This document shows positions 36,465-49,313 of a stretch of 64,000 bases of DNA, in pieces. This DNA comes from Mobula hypostoma (taxonomy: Eukaryota). The notes below the pieces were generated by a model. That model ran no database searches. It saw only the letters and a list, made by a program, of their open reading frames with translations, and was not told where the DNA came from. Numbering within the stretch: the first letter of the stretch is position 1; every line of letters begins with the position of its first letter. Location: NCBI RefSeq assembly GCF_963921235.1, contig NC_086118.1, positions 24,738,001 to 24,802,000 of the forward strand, written 5' to 3'. The translations under genes were made by a program, and so were the position numbers.

Positions 36465-38484
36465 CAGCCCTATTTTCTGCCTAGGGCCATATCCTTCTAA
36501 GCACCTCTCATCCATATACATATCCAAACATCTCTTAAGTGTTAGAATTGAACTTGCATCTATTACTTCTGCTAGCAGCAGATTCCAAACTCACACAATT
36601 CTTTGCTGTTTTTTTAAATGAACAAGTTTACTGATTTTTCTTCTGAATGTTTCATGTATTTTTGAGGGTGAATGATCATCATAGAAATTCACAAGTATTC
36701 AATTACAGCCGGAAGCTTGGCTGATTGCTGAGGTTGACAAGCTCAGTGATCAGCCAAACTTTCAAGTAGCCAGCCCGAGCTACCAATATTCAGCAATATT
36801 TCATCCAATTACAGTATCAGCTTTGAGCCAGTGAGTTCTGAGACAGGGTTTCAGCAATTGCCAAAAGCTGTTCTGTATATGCAGTTGGCTACTAGGCATT
36901 GCACTGAACCATACCTGCCTTGGGACATGTCAACGTACTGGGAAGCAGGTTCCCAAGAGAAAACGACATTGGAAGAAATGGCATTGTCCAAGAGAAGGTA
37001 ACTGGTGAACTCAGGATCTGCCCATTATTTATATAACCAAGGAGATACAAATTAGAAGACACAGAAGGAAGAAATTAGTCCATGACCCAAGTTCTAGAAG
37101 GCAATCAGTCCTCCATCAACTACATTAAGCTATCTGATTAACAAGTTCAATGGTTAAAATGCAACCGTTTCTATGAAATATTCATAGCAGAATTCCAAAG
37201 ACAAATAAGAGACCTATCCTCATGCCTGGTCAATACAGAAACCTCAACTAATAACAAATTATCTTATTCTTACACCTTCTGTGTTTGTTAAAATTTGCTG
37301 TACATTGACTGTCATGTTTCCTCCACCGCACTGTAGCACAGGTGACAGCCAGTGAAATATCTTGAGGCCATGAAAAACCCCAGTAGAATTTCACTCTTCT
37401 GGATGATTCCATTGGCTAGAAATTGACATCCAAATTAAGATGCTAGTTTGTTGGAAGGAATAACAAATAACACTGTAGTTGTTTCTATAGTGCAAAAGAT
37501 CCAAAAACATATAACCTGGATGTTCTGACACCAAATCATTCAGAAATAAGAGAATAATCAGAACCAGATTTGAAAAAAACAAGGAGGGAAGAGAAAATGG
37601 AATTCCAGAGATGGTCTGGAAGAGATTCAAAAGGCAAGTGTTGGTAAAGTCCTGAAAACAAGAATGAGCAGGTTAAAGCTAGGATTATGTCAGACTGGGA
37701 CTAATAACGTCAAAACATCCAGATCAGAGTGCAACATTATATTTCCTGTAACTTAACTTTCCTATGTTTGCTTATATTTATATAATAATTAACTATATGT
37801 GTGCAATTAGTCGATGAATCTTCTGTAATTGTAGTATAACTGATTTTGTATTTTTCTAAAAGCTTCTTTGCAGCCTGTGTCAAGCCACTGAATCGGACTA
37901 TTTCATGGGTTATTTCTTATCACAGGAATGTGCTTTATCTCACTAGTCTGAACTAGTTAATAGTATGAGATGACCTGAACTTTTTTCCTTAGCTCTCCTC
38001 CTTTGCTTTCTCTCCCTTCCTTACAGTAGATCAGGAAATATCCAACAACACACGGACAAGCTATGGATGAAGTTAGACTTTAAAGGAGCTAAGATATGGG
38101 CAGTAGAGTTTTGGAGATGCACAACCTGAAGGGCTGTGGGGAGAATGCATATATGATGCATAGCACTGAGAACCATCTGAAAGAAAGTTTCAAAAACAAT
38201 ACAGGGTCCCATTCCAGCTTGACTACAAGAGTTTATACAGTCTGCAGAGGATTAAAAAATGAAGATTGGCCTCTTAGGTAACATACGAAATAGCTAACAT
38301 CTGTTTGGTTGTAAATCAGCATCAATCACCATCTTCAGGCATGAACGAAAGAGAACAGAAAACTGATTTTGATAATCCCAGGAACTCTTAATGTTTTGTA
38401 TTTTGTAAATGTCTCAAATTTCACACATGGTTCCTTCTGAGGATGCTTACAGAAACATGGAATGTAAAATACCCAAAAGGGAGG

Positions 38485-38711
38485 GAGGGGAGGGAACGTC
38501 GACTCAGACCATGAGAGGCCTGTGTTGGGCATTTTCATGCCTTACAGGGCGCAGATTGGAAGTCTGTGTGGGGCGCTACTCCTCGCACAGACTAGAGCAA
38601 TGTGTGATTAAGTGCCTTGCTCAAGGGCACAAACACGCTGCCACAGCTGAGACTCGAACTAGCGACCTTGAGATCACTAGACGAATGCCTTAACCACTTG
38701 GCCATGTGCCC
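38485..38711 (-). mobile_element. tRNA-derived SINE
   Basis: A box TGGCCAAGTGG and B-box-like GTTCGAGTC head, (CCCTC)n tail; homologous to 53843-54074; flanked by CCCAAAAGGGAGG at 38472-38484 and 38709-38721. Confidence 0.8.
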
Positions 38712-39936
38712 AAAAGGGAGGCCATGTCAAAAATACTCTGTGTTTCTCTCAGATCTTAGACAGACCTAGGAGTTCTTTCAAGAACAAATTTCTAATCCAA
38801 CTTTGCACAATGCTACACGACAACAGTGTTGCAAACATCAGCAATTTATAAAAATAAGCAGCATCTTCTTAAAGTTTATGTTGATAAATTCTTGGATTCC
38901 ATAAAAGTATGGAAGCTCTTTTGCTAATTTGCAGCAGAAAAAACATGTTCTTATAAATGTAACGTACATCAGGAAAAAAATGCATTATCAGTTCAGGCGT
39001 TATCAAACAACCACGGAAATGCTGAAATGAAAACAGATAAGTAAATCCAGGACTGAAGTGTAAATGCAACTTCCCATGTTTGACACTGTTTCAATTTTAC
39101 AGTAACCAGTTTTTCACTCAACTGTTGATATGTCAGATATATAATGTAAATATTAAACCTATTATGAATATTTTCTAATATTATGCATATTATTTATAAT
39201 CTGTTAAAAACACATTAATTAAAAACTTGTACACAGTGAATAAAGAAAATAAACAATTCTTTATCACTAAACTTAAGTCAATGACTCCATTCAAATGAAT
39301 TGAATCATTGTTAGTAGAAACCTGCGGTGGTGGTTGTGGTGCCTCCCGCCCCTTCCTCAACTCAGTACAGTCTAAAGGTACGCTGGTGCCTGTAGAGGGG
39401 ATGTTAGCAGTGTGTTCCACATGCAAAGGAAGCACGAAGTCAAAGATACACAAAACAGTGGAAAGCAAATGGCTCACAGCTCTGACTCAACAGGTCCAAG
39501 AGACAGTTTAAAACAGGGGTTCTCTACCTGGGGTCCAAAGATCCCTGGCTTAGTGGTACGGGTCCATGGCAAAAAAAAAAGGTTGGGAACCTCCTGACTT
39601 AAAAGGGTAATGATAACAGAAAGACTGGAGGAACTGGAACTGTAGTTGAGGCCACTTTAAAAGACTTCTCCAATCATCTTCTGAACCTAAAATCTACTCT
39701 ACCTTACATTAAGTTTTATGCTCACTGAGGATTGATCTGATCCTGAATCATATCAGATTCACAAAATGATAATTCAAATATCTTTAATAATATCTACCAT
39801 GTTCAGACTCTAATAAAATCTTGGATACACACTAAATACATTATAACCTCTTCAAGATATGGTAATTTGTAAAACATCAAAACCCCCCCACAAGGAATGA
39901 AATTTTACTCAATATAAATTACTGCTGAGTACAAAC

Positions 39937-40894
39937 TGTGACGAGAATACACATAAAATTAAGATGTTTGCTGGCCTGGGTTAGCATCAGTGTCATCAGC
40001 AGTTGGTCTGCCACCTGTCCTCAGGGGGAAGGAGAGATAAGGAACAATGAAGCAGCATGTGGAGATGTTAATGAAGGAGCCATCAGTCTGGGTATTTCCA
40101 AGATTGGCTCCCCCTTTGAACCCTGAACTGTTTGAAGTGATGGACAGGCGATCTGAAGATGTGTAATGAAGGGACGAGAGAGAGAGCTGTCTGGAGCGGC
40201 TCCCTCTTTGAACCCCGAACTGTTTGAAGTGATGGACAGGCGATACCCCAGCAGGGGGATAAAAAGGTACAGGTTCGCTAAGGCAGGACACACACACGAC
40301 ACCCGAGGTAACGAGACCCTGGAAGCGGTGCGCCTCTCACGAGTCGGTGGGACGTACCGGACCTTAAACGCACAGGGTGGAAAGGTACGATCAGCGGGAA
40401 CCCGGTGTGTGTCCACCCTCGCTTGGGTGCTGGGTTCACTGCAGAGGATCCACCTCATCTGGAGGAGGGGTCACAGTCAGTGACCTCAGGTGACATCACC
40501 AAGGACCTGCCCGAAAGCTGCTTGTGAGCCATATCGCCGGTCTGTGAGTGGAAGCCGTGTCTGACTGATCAGTCGTTCCCGTTCTCTCTCTCCCTCCCCC
40601 CACGTTGTCCATCGCCATGGCAACGACTACTGCGAACTGAACTAAATTGGACTGAACTTTTGTGTCACTTTGAAATTTGGTCATTTACCCCTAGACAACG
40701 ATAGAGCTTGATTGATGCTGTTATCTTAATTCTGTGCACATGTGTTTATCGTTGCTGAACTGTTGCATTTATTATCCTTTCGATTACTGTGTTGCTTGTT
40801 TCTTTAATAAAACTTTCTTAGTTCTAGTAATCCAGACTCCAACTGAGTGATCCATTTCTGCTGGTTTGGCAACCCAGTTACGGGGTACGGAACA
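39937..40894 (+). repeat. 5' LTR
   Basis: Direct repeat of 44111-45071; TATA-like GGATAAAA near 40257; AATAAA 40806. Confidence 0.95.
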
Positions 40895-40898
40895 TAAG

Positions 40899-40916
40899 TG
40901 GGGGCTCGTTCGGGAT
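40899..40916 (+). other. Primer binding site, tRNA-Pro
   Basis: TGGGGGCTCGTTCGGGAT, one mismatch from canonical TGGGGGCTCGTCCGGGAT. Confidence 0.9.
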
Positions 40917-40992
40917 TTTGAACGCTAAATTTGGGACGGAGTAAATTGATTGGGTTAAAATTCCCAAAAGAAAGAAAAGACAAACAGCAGAA

Positions 40993-43937
40993 ATGGAGGC
41001 TGAGGAATTTATAAAGGCGCCAACCTTGAAGGCATTAGAGGATGCCAGGAAATCGGAATTGGTAGCTGTGGCCAAACGGTTGAATCTTGCTAAGGTGAAG
41101 TCGACAATGAAGAGAGAGGAGATACACAGAGCTATCGTAGAGCACTATGTATCTAAGGGTGTGTTTCCCCAAGGCGAGCTGGGGGTGGTGTCTATTGAAA
41201 AACCTGCTGGAGACGCGGTACAGGTGCAGCTTGAAAAACTGAGACTCGAGCACGAGTTCCGGGTACGACAATTGGAGCGAGAAGAGAAGGAGAGAGAGGT
41301 AGAAAGACAAGAGAGAGAGAGAGACAGTTGGAGAGAGAAGAGAAAGAGAGAGACAGACAGTTGGAGAGAGAAGAGAAAGAGAGGGACAGACAGTTGGAGA
41401 GAGAGGAGAAACAGAGGGAAAGGGAATTCGAATTGGAGAAGTTAAGGTTAAGGGCAGAGCAGGGGCTCGTGCCGAACCAAGGTGGAGGGTTCCGGGCGAC
41501 CCAGGAGGTTAGGCTGGTTCCCCCATTTGACGATACCGACGTGGATCGGTACTTTCTCCACTTCGAAAAAGTGGCTATAAGTCAGGACTGGCCGAGGGAT
41601 AAGTGGGTTGTTTTACTTCAGAGTGTACTGAAAGGGAAAGCCCAAGAAGCTTACTCCGCTTTGTCCGTGGAAGATGCCCAGAGGTATGAGGTGGTGAAAG
41701 AGGCCATCCTCAGGATTTATGAGTTGGTCCCAGAGGCATACCGGCAGAGGTTCCGGAATGCGAGGAAGCAGTGGGACCGCACGTATTTGGAGTTTGCCCG
41801 TGAGATGCAGACATATTGTGAGCGTTGGTGCGTCTCAAAGGGGGTAGAGGGGGATTATGACAGACTGCTACAGCTGATCCTGATTGAGCAGTTTAAAGGT
41901 TGTGTCCCTGAGGGTATGAGACCCTACCTCGATGAGAAAGAGGCAGCCACGTTAGCCGCAACTGCTAAGTTAGTGGATGAGTATGCGTTGATGCATAAAA
42001 TGAAGTTTGCCCCGAGTAAAGGCTACCAGAAGGGTAGTCAGGACGGCGGGGAGAGTCCGCCGGAAAAGTCAGAAAGTAAGCCGGGGACTAGTGAGAAGGA
42101 TAAGGTAGACCAGGAGCAGTCTGGCAGGAAGTCTCCTGGGGTCGTCTGTTATAATTGTGGGAAAGCCAGACACTTTGCGTCCAGGTGCTTTGCCCCAAAG
42201 AAGGAGACGGGAAAAGGAAAAACAGCGATTTTGCATGGCTGTATCGAGCTGTTAAGCGAACCGCTAGGGAAGGGCAGGTCTGCCAAGGTTCAGGAAGGGC
42301 GCGAGAGGTTTATCTCGGCCGGATTGGTGTCAGTGAAGGAGGGGTTAAAACCAGTTCCAGTGCGGATCTGGAGAGACACGGGAGCGTGTTAGTCACTAAT
42401 ACTGAAGAGTGTATTAGAGTTTAGCTCAGAGACCCAGACTGGGGAGGTAGAGGTCAAAGGTGTTGGGGAAGGGACAGAGTCAGTCCCTTTGCACCAGATA
42501 CACTTACAAAGCAACCTGGTCTCTGGACTAGTCACGATCGGGGTGAGGTCCGAATTACCGATGAAAGGCGTGGAAGTCTTGCTCGGTAATGACATCGCCG
42601 GGGGAATCGTGTTCCCAGTCGTGAGATTGACAGGTCAGCCTGCCAGCAGTAAGGCCCCGCCCATGGACTCACAGGTTCATCATGGGGCTGCGGTAGTGAA
42701 TTTAGCTGCGGTGGTAAATTTAGCTGAAACGTTTCTACCAGTCTTGTACGAGACGGGGGTAGAAAATGAAAAGGAGTGTAGTGAGACAAAAGGTAGTGAG
42801 GGAGCTGGGACAGACATAGCAGTAGCCAGGAAAGAATTTGTGCAGACACAGGAGCGACACGAGGAGCTGATGGTTTCGGCAGAGACAGCTCTCTCTGACA
42901 CAGCTTTGACAAGGGATCTAGTAGGCTATTGTGTGGAGAAGGAAGTGCTAAGGAAAAAAGGGAAATCAAGTACAGTACCCACAGATGAGGAGTGGGGGGT
43001 GGTGCAAAAGAGTTATGGGGACGAGGTTCTTAACATGGCCCACGAGGTACCCCCCGGTGGACATTTTGCGGTGCTGGAGGAAACAGTTGGTGGAATCATG
43101 AAAGAGGTTTACCGACTGCCCAGGAGGAAGGATGTTATTGATCATGACCGACGCGAACTGAGACGGTCACCGGCTTTTGATCTGCTAACAAACCTAGTCG
43201 GTGTTAGCGTGGAAATCAATGAAGCTAGGGGCCCCCTGATAAGAGAAAAAAACCATTTTGAAAAGATTAGTATGGGATCGATCAGATGGAAGAAGGCTAT
43301 TGTTTTGGCCAGGTCTACTGATAAGGTCTCTTCCTTAATCCCCGAACAAAGCGACTCTCTAGGAGTAATTAAACGACTCGCACCCGTGTGGTTGATTGTC
43401 CCGAGGCAATGCAAAGAACTGGGACGTTGGGTGATGTCTGTTACGATAGGTCAGCCTAGCAAACAACATCCATATATAATGAGTAATTCAGTGACTAAAG
43501 GGCTGATGAACACAGAGGTGTGTATTGGCAATTTAATACGGCTGTCTGAAGTCAGCTTGATAGTGAACCTTGAAAAAAATGAATTCGGCCACATGAGGGT
43601 CACTTACCTGGGAATTGTGGTGACACAGGGGCAGCTGGCAGCGATGCAAGCTACAGTGCAGGCTATCGCTGACCTCCCAACCCCGACAGACAAGAGAGCC
43701 CTCAGAAGGTTCTTGGAGATGGTGGGGTACTATAGGAAGTTTTGCAATAACTCTGCGGTCACTACCCCTCCCCCTCCTACTAAGCCCTTGCGAGAGAAAA
43801 CTAAGTCAGAATGGGACAACCCATGTTATTGTGGTCCGGGACAAAACCAAATGAGAGGTTACATTGATCGAAATTCATCAGTGTTTTTGGCCACTATGAA
43901 ATTTGCTGAGTTGGAGCCTGGTCTAAGGGATTATTAA
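40993..43937 (+). pseudogene. gag-(deleted)pol of the Gmr1-like element
   Basis: ATG 40993; frameshift in a GA-rich repeat ~41310; 'YELVPEAYRQRFR..LILIEQF' SCAN-like capsid; CYNCGKARHFASRC; WRDTGAC then TAG 42390-42392; same frame resumes to 43937. Confidence 0.85.
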
Positions 43938-44110
43938 TAACACATATAAAAGGGACAGAAAATGTGATGACTGTCTGTCAAGGTGTTGACAACTTCAAAC
44001 TCGCTGTGTTAGCCAAATAGCTGATAAAGATGTATATTTGTGTGTGTATCAAATAATGTATTCATGTTTGTAATTTTTACCTCCCGGTAAAAATTCTTAA
44101 AGGGGTGAAG

Positions 44111-45071
44111 TGTGACGAGAATACACATAAAATTAAGATGTTTGCTGGCCTGGGTTAGCATCAGTGGCATCAGCAGTTGGTCTGCCACCTGTCCTCAGGG
44201 GGGAAGGAGAGATAAGGAACAATGAAGCAGCATGTGGAGATGTTAATGAAGGAGCCATCAATCTGGGTATTGCCAAGATCGGCTCCCCCTTTGAACCCTG
44301 AACTGTTTGAAGTGATGGACAGGCGATCTGAAGATGTGTAATGAAGGGACGAGAGAGAGAGAGCTGTCTGGAGCGGCTCCCCCTTTGAACCCTGAACTGT
44401 TTGAAGTGATGGACAGGCGATACCCCAGCAGGGGGATAAAAAGGTACAGGTTCGCTAAGGCAGGACACACACACGACACCCGAGGTAACGAGACCCTGGA
44501 AGCGGTGCGCCTCTCACGAGTCGGTGGGACGTACCGGACCTTAAACGCACAGGGTGGAAAGGTACGATCAGCGGGAACCCGGTGTGTGTCCACCCTCGCT
44601 TGGGTGCCGGGTTCACTGCAGAGGATCCACCGCATCTGGAGGAGGGGTCACAGTCGGTGACCTCAGGTGACATCACCAAGGACCTGCCCGAAAGCTGCTT
44701 GTGAGCCATATCGCCGGTCTGTGAGTGGAAGCCGTGTCTGAATGATCAGTCATTCCCGTTCTCTCTCTCCCTCCCCCCACGTTGTCCATCGCCAAAGCAA
44801 CCATTACTGCGAACTGAACTAAATTGGACTGAACTTTCGTGTCACTTTGAAATTTGGTCATTTACCCCTAGACAACGATAGAGTTTGATTGATGCTGTTA
44901 TCTTAATTCTGTGCACATGTGTGTTTATCATTGCTGAACTTGCATTTATTATCCTTTCGATTACTGTGTTGCTTGTTTCTTTAATAAAACTTTCTTAGTT
45001 CTAGTAATTCAGACTCCAACTGAGTGATCCATTTCTGCTGGTTTGGCAACCCAGTTACGGGGTACGTAACA
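44111..45071 (+). repeat. 3' LTR
   Basis: Direct repeat of 39937-40894, preceded by the PPT and followed by TSD AAAC 45072-45075. Confidence 0.95.
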
Positions 45072-45293
45072 AAACAGAAGGTAAATCTGACAAATGAATA
45101 ACCAGACAATTCAAATAAAAGTAATATTATGCCATGTTATATCTGATTCAGCCTATTTTATAAGGATATTTAAAAGTACATGAAAGTTGTGTTGCCAAAG
45201 TAAGGAAGCGTTCTTAACTTTTCAAACTAGGAAAGGATTTCAGCACTGTGCAGTGCCAGATTCAAGAGATTGTGCAGATGCTATAAACCTTCA

Positions 45294-45390
45294 GCAACAC
45301 ACACAAAATGCTGGAGGAACTCAGCAATTCAGACAGTTTCAGTGGAGGGGAATAAACAGTCAACATTTCCGGCCAAGACCCCTCACCAGA
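45294..45390 (-). mobile_element. Older, degenerate PLE hammerhead-tail fragment
   Basis: CAACACACACAAAATGCTGG..CAGTCAACATTTCCGGCCAAGACCC..CCAG resembles 27529-27618; ends about 10 nt from the TVP23B exon 6 donor. Confidence 0.6.
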
Positions 45391-45394
45391 TTTA

Positions 45395-45529
<135 letters not shown>

Positions 45530-45729
45530 CTATTCCAAAGAAGACAGAAAGAACACTTGTAAGAGCAATGAAAACAAAACAATCCCCACTATAACCATTG
45601 AGTTTGCAAAACTGCTCGTAAAGTAACTTACGTCTCTCTGTACTAACCACCATCACCAACCATTTTAGATTCATTTCATGAATTAATTTAATTTCTAAAC
45701 ATTGTAAATGGCACAAGTACAACAAGTAC

Positions 45730-46160
45730 ATCACAGAAATCAGCCTCCCCTCCAGGGACTCTGGCTGTACTTCTCACTGCCCTAGTAAAGCAGCCAACAA
45801 TATCAGAGAACCCACCTACCCCACTCCCCCGGACATTCTCTCTTCTCCCAGTGGGCAGAAGGTACAAAAGCCTGAAAGCACATACCACCAGGCTCAAGGA
45901 TAACTTCTACCCTTCTGTTATAAGGTCATCAGGTTCCCATATTATGATACGATGGACTTTTGATCTCATAATAAACCTTGTTATGACCTTGTAGTTTATT
46001 GTTTACCTGCACTACACACTTTAGTAGCTGTTACACTTTATTCTACATTGTTACTGCTTTACTTTGTTCTACGTCAATGCACTGTGTAACGATTAGATTT
46101 GTATGAAGTGTGCCAGACAAGTATTTCACTGCATCTCAGTCCACGTGAGAATATTAAACT
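45730..46160 (+). mobile_element. Decayed non-LTR retrotransposon 3' fragment (Rex1/Babar-like)
   Basis: 'LLPxGRRYKSLKAHTTRLKDNFYP'-type C-terminal motif at ~45840-45915. Confidence 0.55.
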
Positions 46161-46306
46161 AATTCCAGTCTGTGTTTATGTAGTAATCGCTTAAAATTTG
46201 GAAACCCTATTGAATTCCCTGCTTTTGTATAATGCTACCCCAAAATGATCAATATAATTTTCAAAACAAGATTCTAAATCACCAAATAAAGTTGCAAAGC
46301 AGGTCA

Positions 46307-46447
<141 letters not shown>

Positions 46448-47253
46448 CTATGAAAATCGTACAAAAAATAATTAGAATTACATGTTCTAGTCTCCACCTT
46501 ATGATATATTATGGCTAACACGAGAGGGCACAGTTTTAAGGTGCTTGGAAGTAGGTACAGAGGAAATGTCAGGGGTAAGTTTTTTTTACACAGAGAGTGA
46601 TGAGTGCAAGGAATGGGCTGCCGGCGACGGTGGTGGAGATGAATACAATAGTGTCTTTTAATAGACTCCTGAATAGGTACATGGAGCTTAGAAAAAGAGG
46701 GCTATGGGTAACCCTGGGTAATTTCTAAAATAAGTAGATGTTTGGCACAGCCTCGTGGGCCAAAGGGCCTGTATTGTGCTGCAGGCTTTCTATGTTTCTA
46801 GTTCAGTGCAACAATTACCAGTGTGATTTAATTTAACCAATTCTCTGCTTTCAACTAAATATCAATAAAGACATTTACAACATTACTCACTTTAGCTTTT
46901 CATTTATAATTTCCACATTCTATTGTCCATTGATTTATATTGTTTATTCACGTTAGATTGTTGCTTTCAATATTACTTTACATTCACAATTATGATTCAT
47001 TACAATACATTCATGATCTTTATAATTAAGCATCATATGGTGACTCTTTCGCTTAATACAAATATTTTGCTTACTAATGCAAATTCTATGTCTCTACAGG
47101 TGCACCCATCCCACCACTACATCAGACTCAACATAAACGGACAACAGTCAGACCAACCACTAAACAGCAATTATGCTTCCAAGTTTCAAAGAGCACTAAT
47201 ATACCCAGTGCAGGTTGTAATCATGATATCAAAGCCTATTTTGCTTTTATTTA

Positions 47254-47436
<183 letters not shown>

Positions 47437-47757
47437 TCATAGTAATATCACTAATAAACAAGATTTCATAAATGTCTGATTCTTAGCTAAAGTGTACTGT
47501 CCACTGATGATTTAAAAACGCCATCTACTCAGAAGTAAAGCAAGTGTTTGAAAGCAAGAAATAGTCAGCAAATAGACAACATTTCTAGACAAGGAGCAGG
47601 CAAGGGGGAGACTGATCAACTGACAAGAGTTCTTACATTAACTCAAACGTGCACTTGCAGGAATTAGTTACAGAAATGAGCATCTGATTGTTAATAGCAG
47701 TCAAATACAAGGTAAGGTTGCAAAGCAGTTTGGTTACTGGGCTGGCACCCGTAGAAC

Positions 47758-47849
47758 AGACGAAGGGTCTCGGCCTGAAACGTCGACTGCGCCTCTTCCT
47801 ATAGATGCTGCTTGGCCTGCTGCGTTCATCAGCAACTTTGATGTATGTT
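47758..47849 (+). mobile_element. 92-bp PLE terminal insert
   Basis: Matches 9078-9168; TSD ACCC(G/A)TAGAAC 47747-47757 and 47850-47860. Confidence 0.88.
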
Positions 47850-47999
47850 ACCCATAGAACTCAACTGGTTACATCTTCCAAAAGAATAGAAAACGTGCTG
47901 CAATCAGCAATACTACTGCTGACTTGTCATAAAAACTCACCTCTATCAGAGAGGGAAACCTGCCACCCTAAACCAGTCCAGACACTTTAGCACTCACCT

Positions 48000-48310
48000 T
48001 ACTGTTCTACAGCAACAGACTGGTTGTTTTTTGGTTTTCCACACCATTCTCTGTAAACTCTCGAGATATGTGTGAAAATCCCAGATCAGCAGCTTCTGAG
48101 ATACTCAAACCACCCTGTCAAGCACCAACAATCATTCCCTGGTCAAGAGATTCACCTTTCTTCCCTGTTTTGATGTTTGGTCAGGGCAACATCTGAACCT
48201 TTCAACCATGTCTGCATGTCTTTACACATTGAGTTACTGCCCGATTATTGGCTGATTAGATATTTGCATTAACCAGCAGTTGTACCTAATAAAGCAGCAC
48301 TGAGTGCAAG
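48000..48310 (-). mobile_element. Tc1-like transposon remnant
   Basis: Homologous to 54130-54445. Confidence 0.6.
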
Positions 48311-49124
48311 TACATTTAAAAAGCGACAATATAAAGAAGCAATGGAGAAGAAAGAGGGAATTGTTGTCAATCTCCTCACCAGTTCCATGATTAAGCTGCA
48401 GATTGCAAGGAGCATGACAATGATGGGACTATATTGTCTTGACACAGTAATCATATTTAGAGAACCAGCAAAAAAGCATTTGAGACTGTAGAGTTTTAGT
48501 CATGCAAATGGTAAACTTCTACTAAAGATTTCTTTGAACTGTTTTTCGTAACATCTTATTTTATCTACTTTCCCCCCTCAATCCAATCTTCCTTTTGTTC
48601 TCTTTATTTCTACTTCTGTACCTGATATGATTTGAATTCTTTATTTGTTTCTCACAGACAATCACTCTAATTTTTTATCTTTTTTTAATGGGTTAGTTGT
48701 TAGTGGGCCCAATATCATGGTCTTACTGCAGTGTTAACCATTGGCCTTCAAGGTGTTGGGTTGCAAATTAAAACAGTTCCACGGCAAAGGTGAAAGATCT
48801 GGATCATGCTGATGGATTTACCACTCCAACCTCTGAGTCACCAGACTGACTGTGAACACCAAGACAGCAAAGTGCTTGTTTTCACAAATATTCCAACAAA
48901 ATACATCTCAGAAACTTCTGACTACGGAAAGAAATTAGCTTTCACTTCAATTACAATACAATTAAGGCATCTCTGAGGAGAAAGACCAGATTCAAATATA
49001 GCTAGTCATATTTGGTTAAGAAAATATCAAGGGAAAAATATTGTATCTAATTTCCATTGTATTCTAATTCACTTAGCTAAAAGAAAACATCGAATAGATT
49101 CCAGTGCTGTACAATGCAATCTTA

Positions 49125-49313
<189 letters not shown>

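Larger units (their letters stand above)
39937..45071 (+). mobile_element. Young non-autonomous Gmr1-like Gypsy LTR retrotransposon in TVP23B intron 6 (antisense to host)
   Basis: TG..CA LTRs 39937-40894 and 44111-45071, highly similar; 4-bp TSD AAAC; tRNA-Pro PBS; PPT AAGGGGTGAAG; SCAN-type gag, CCHC knuckle, protease DTG; pol internally deleted. Confidence 0.93.

Noticed and set aside
40021-40684. ORFs within the LTRs, repeated at 44133-44861
   Set aside because: Shared only because the LTRs are duplicates; no recognisable domain.
41280-41430. GA-rich tandem repeats as a possible array or programmed frameshift site
   Set aside because: Coding repeat (ERDRQLEREEK) in the gag coiled-coil; the frameshift is best explained by slippage or consensus error, and there are no unique spacers.
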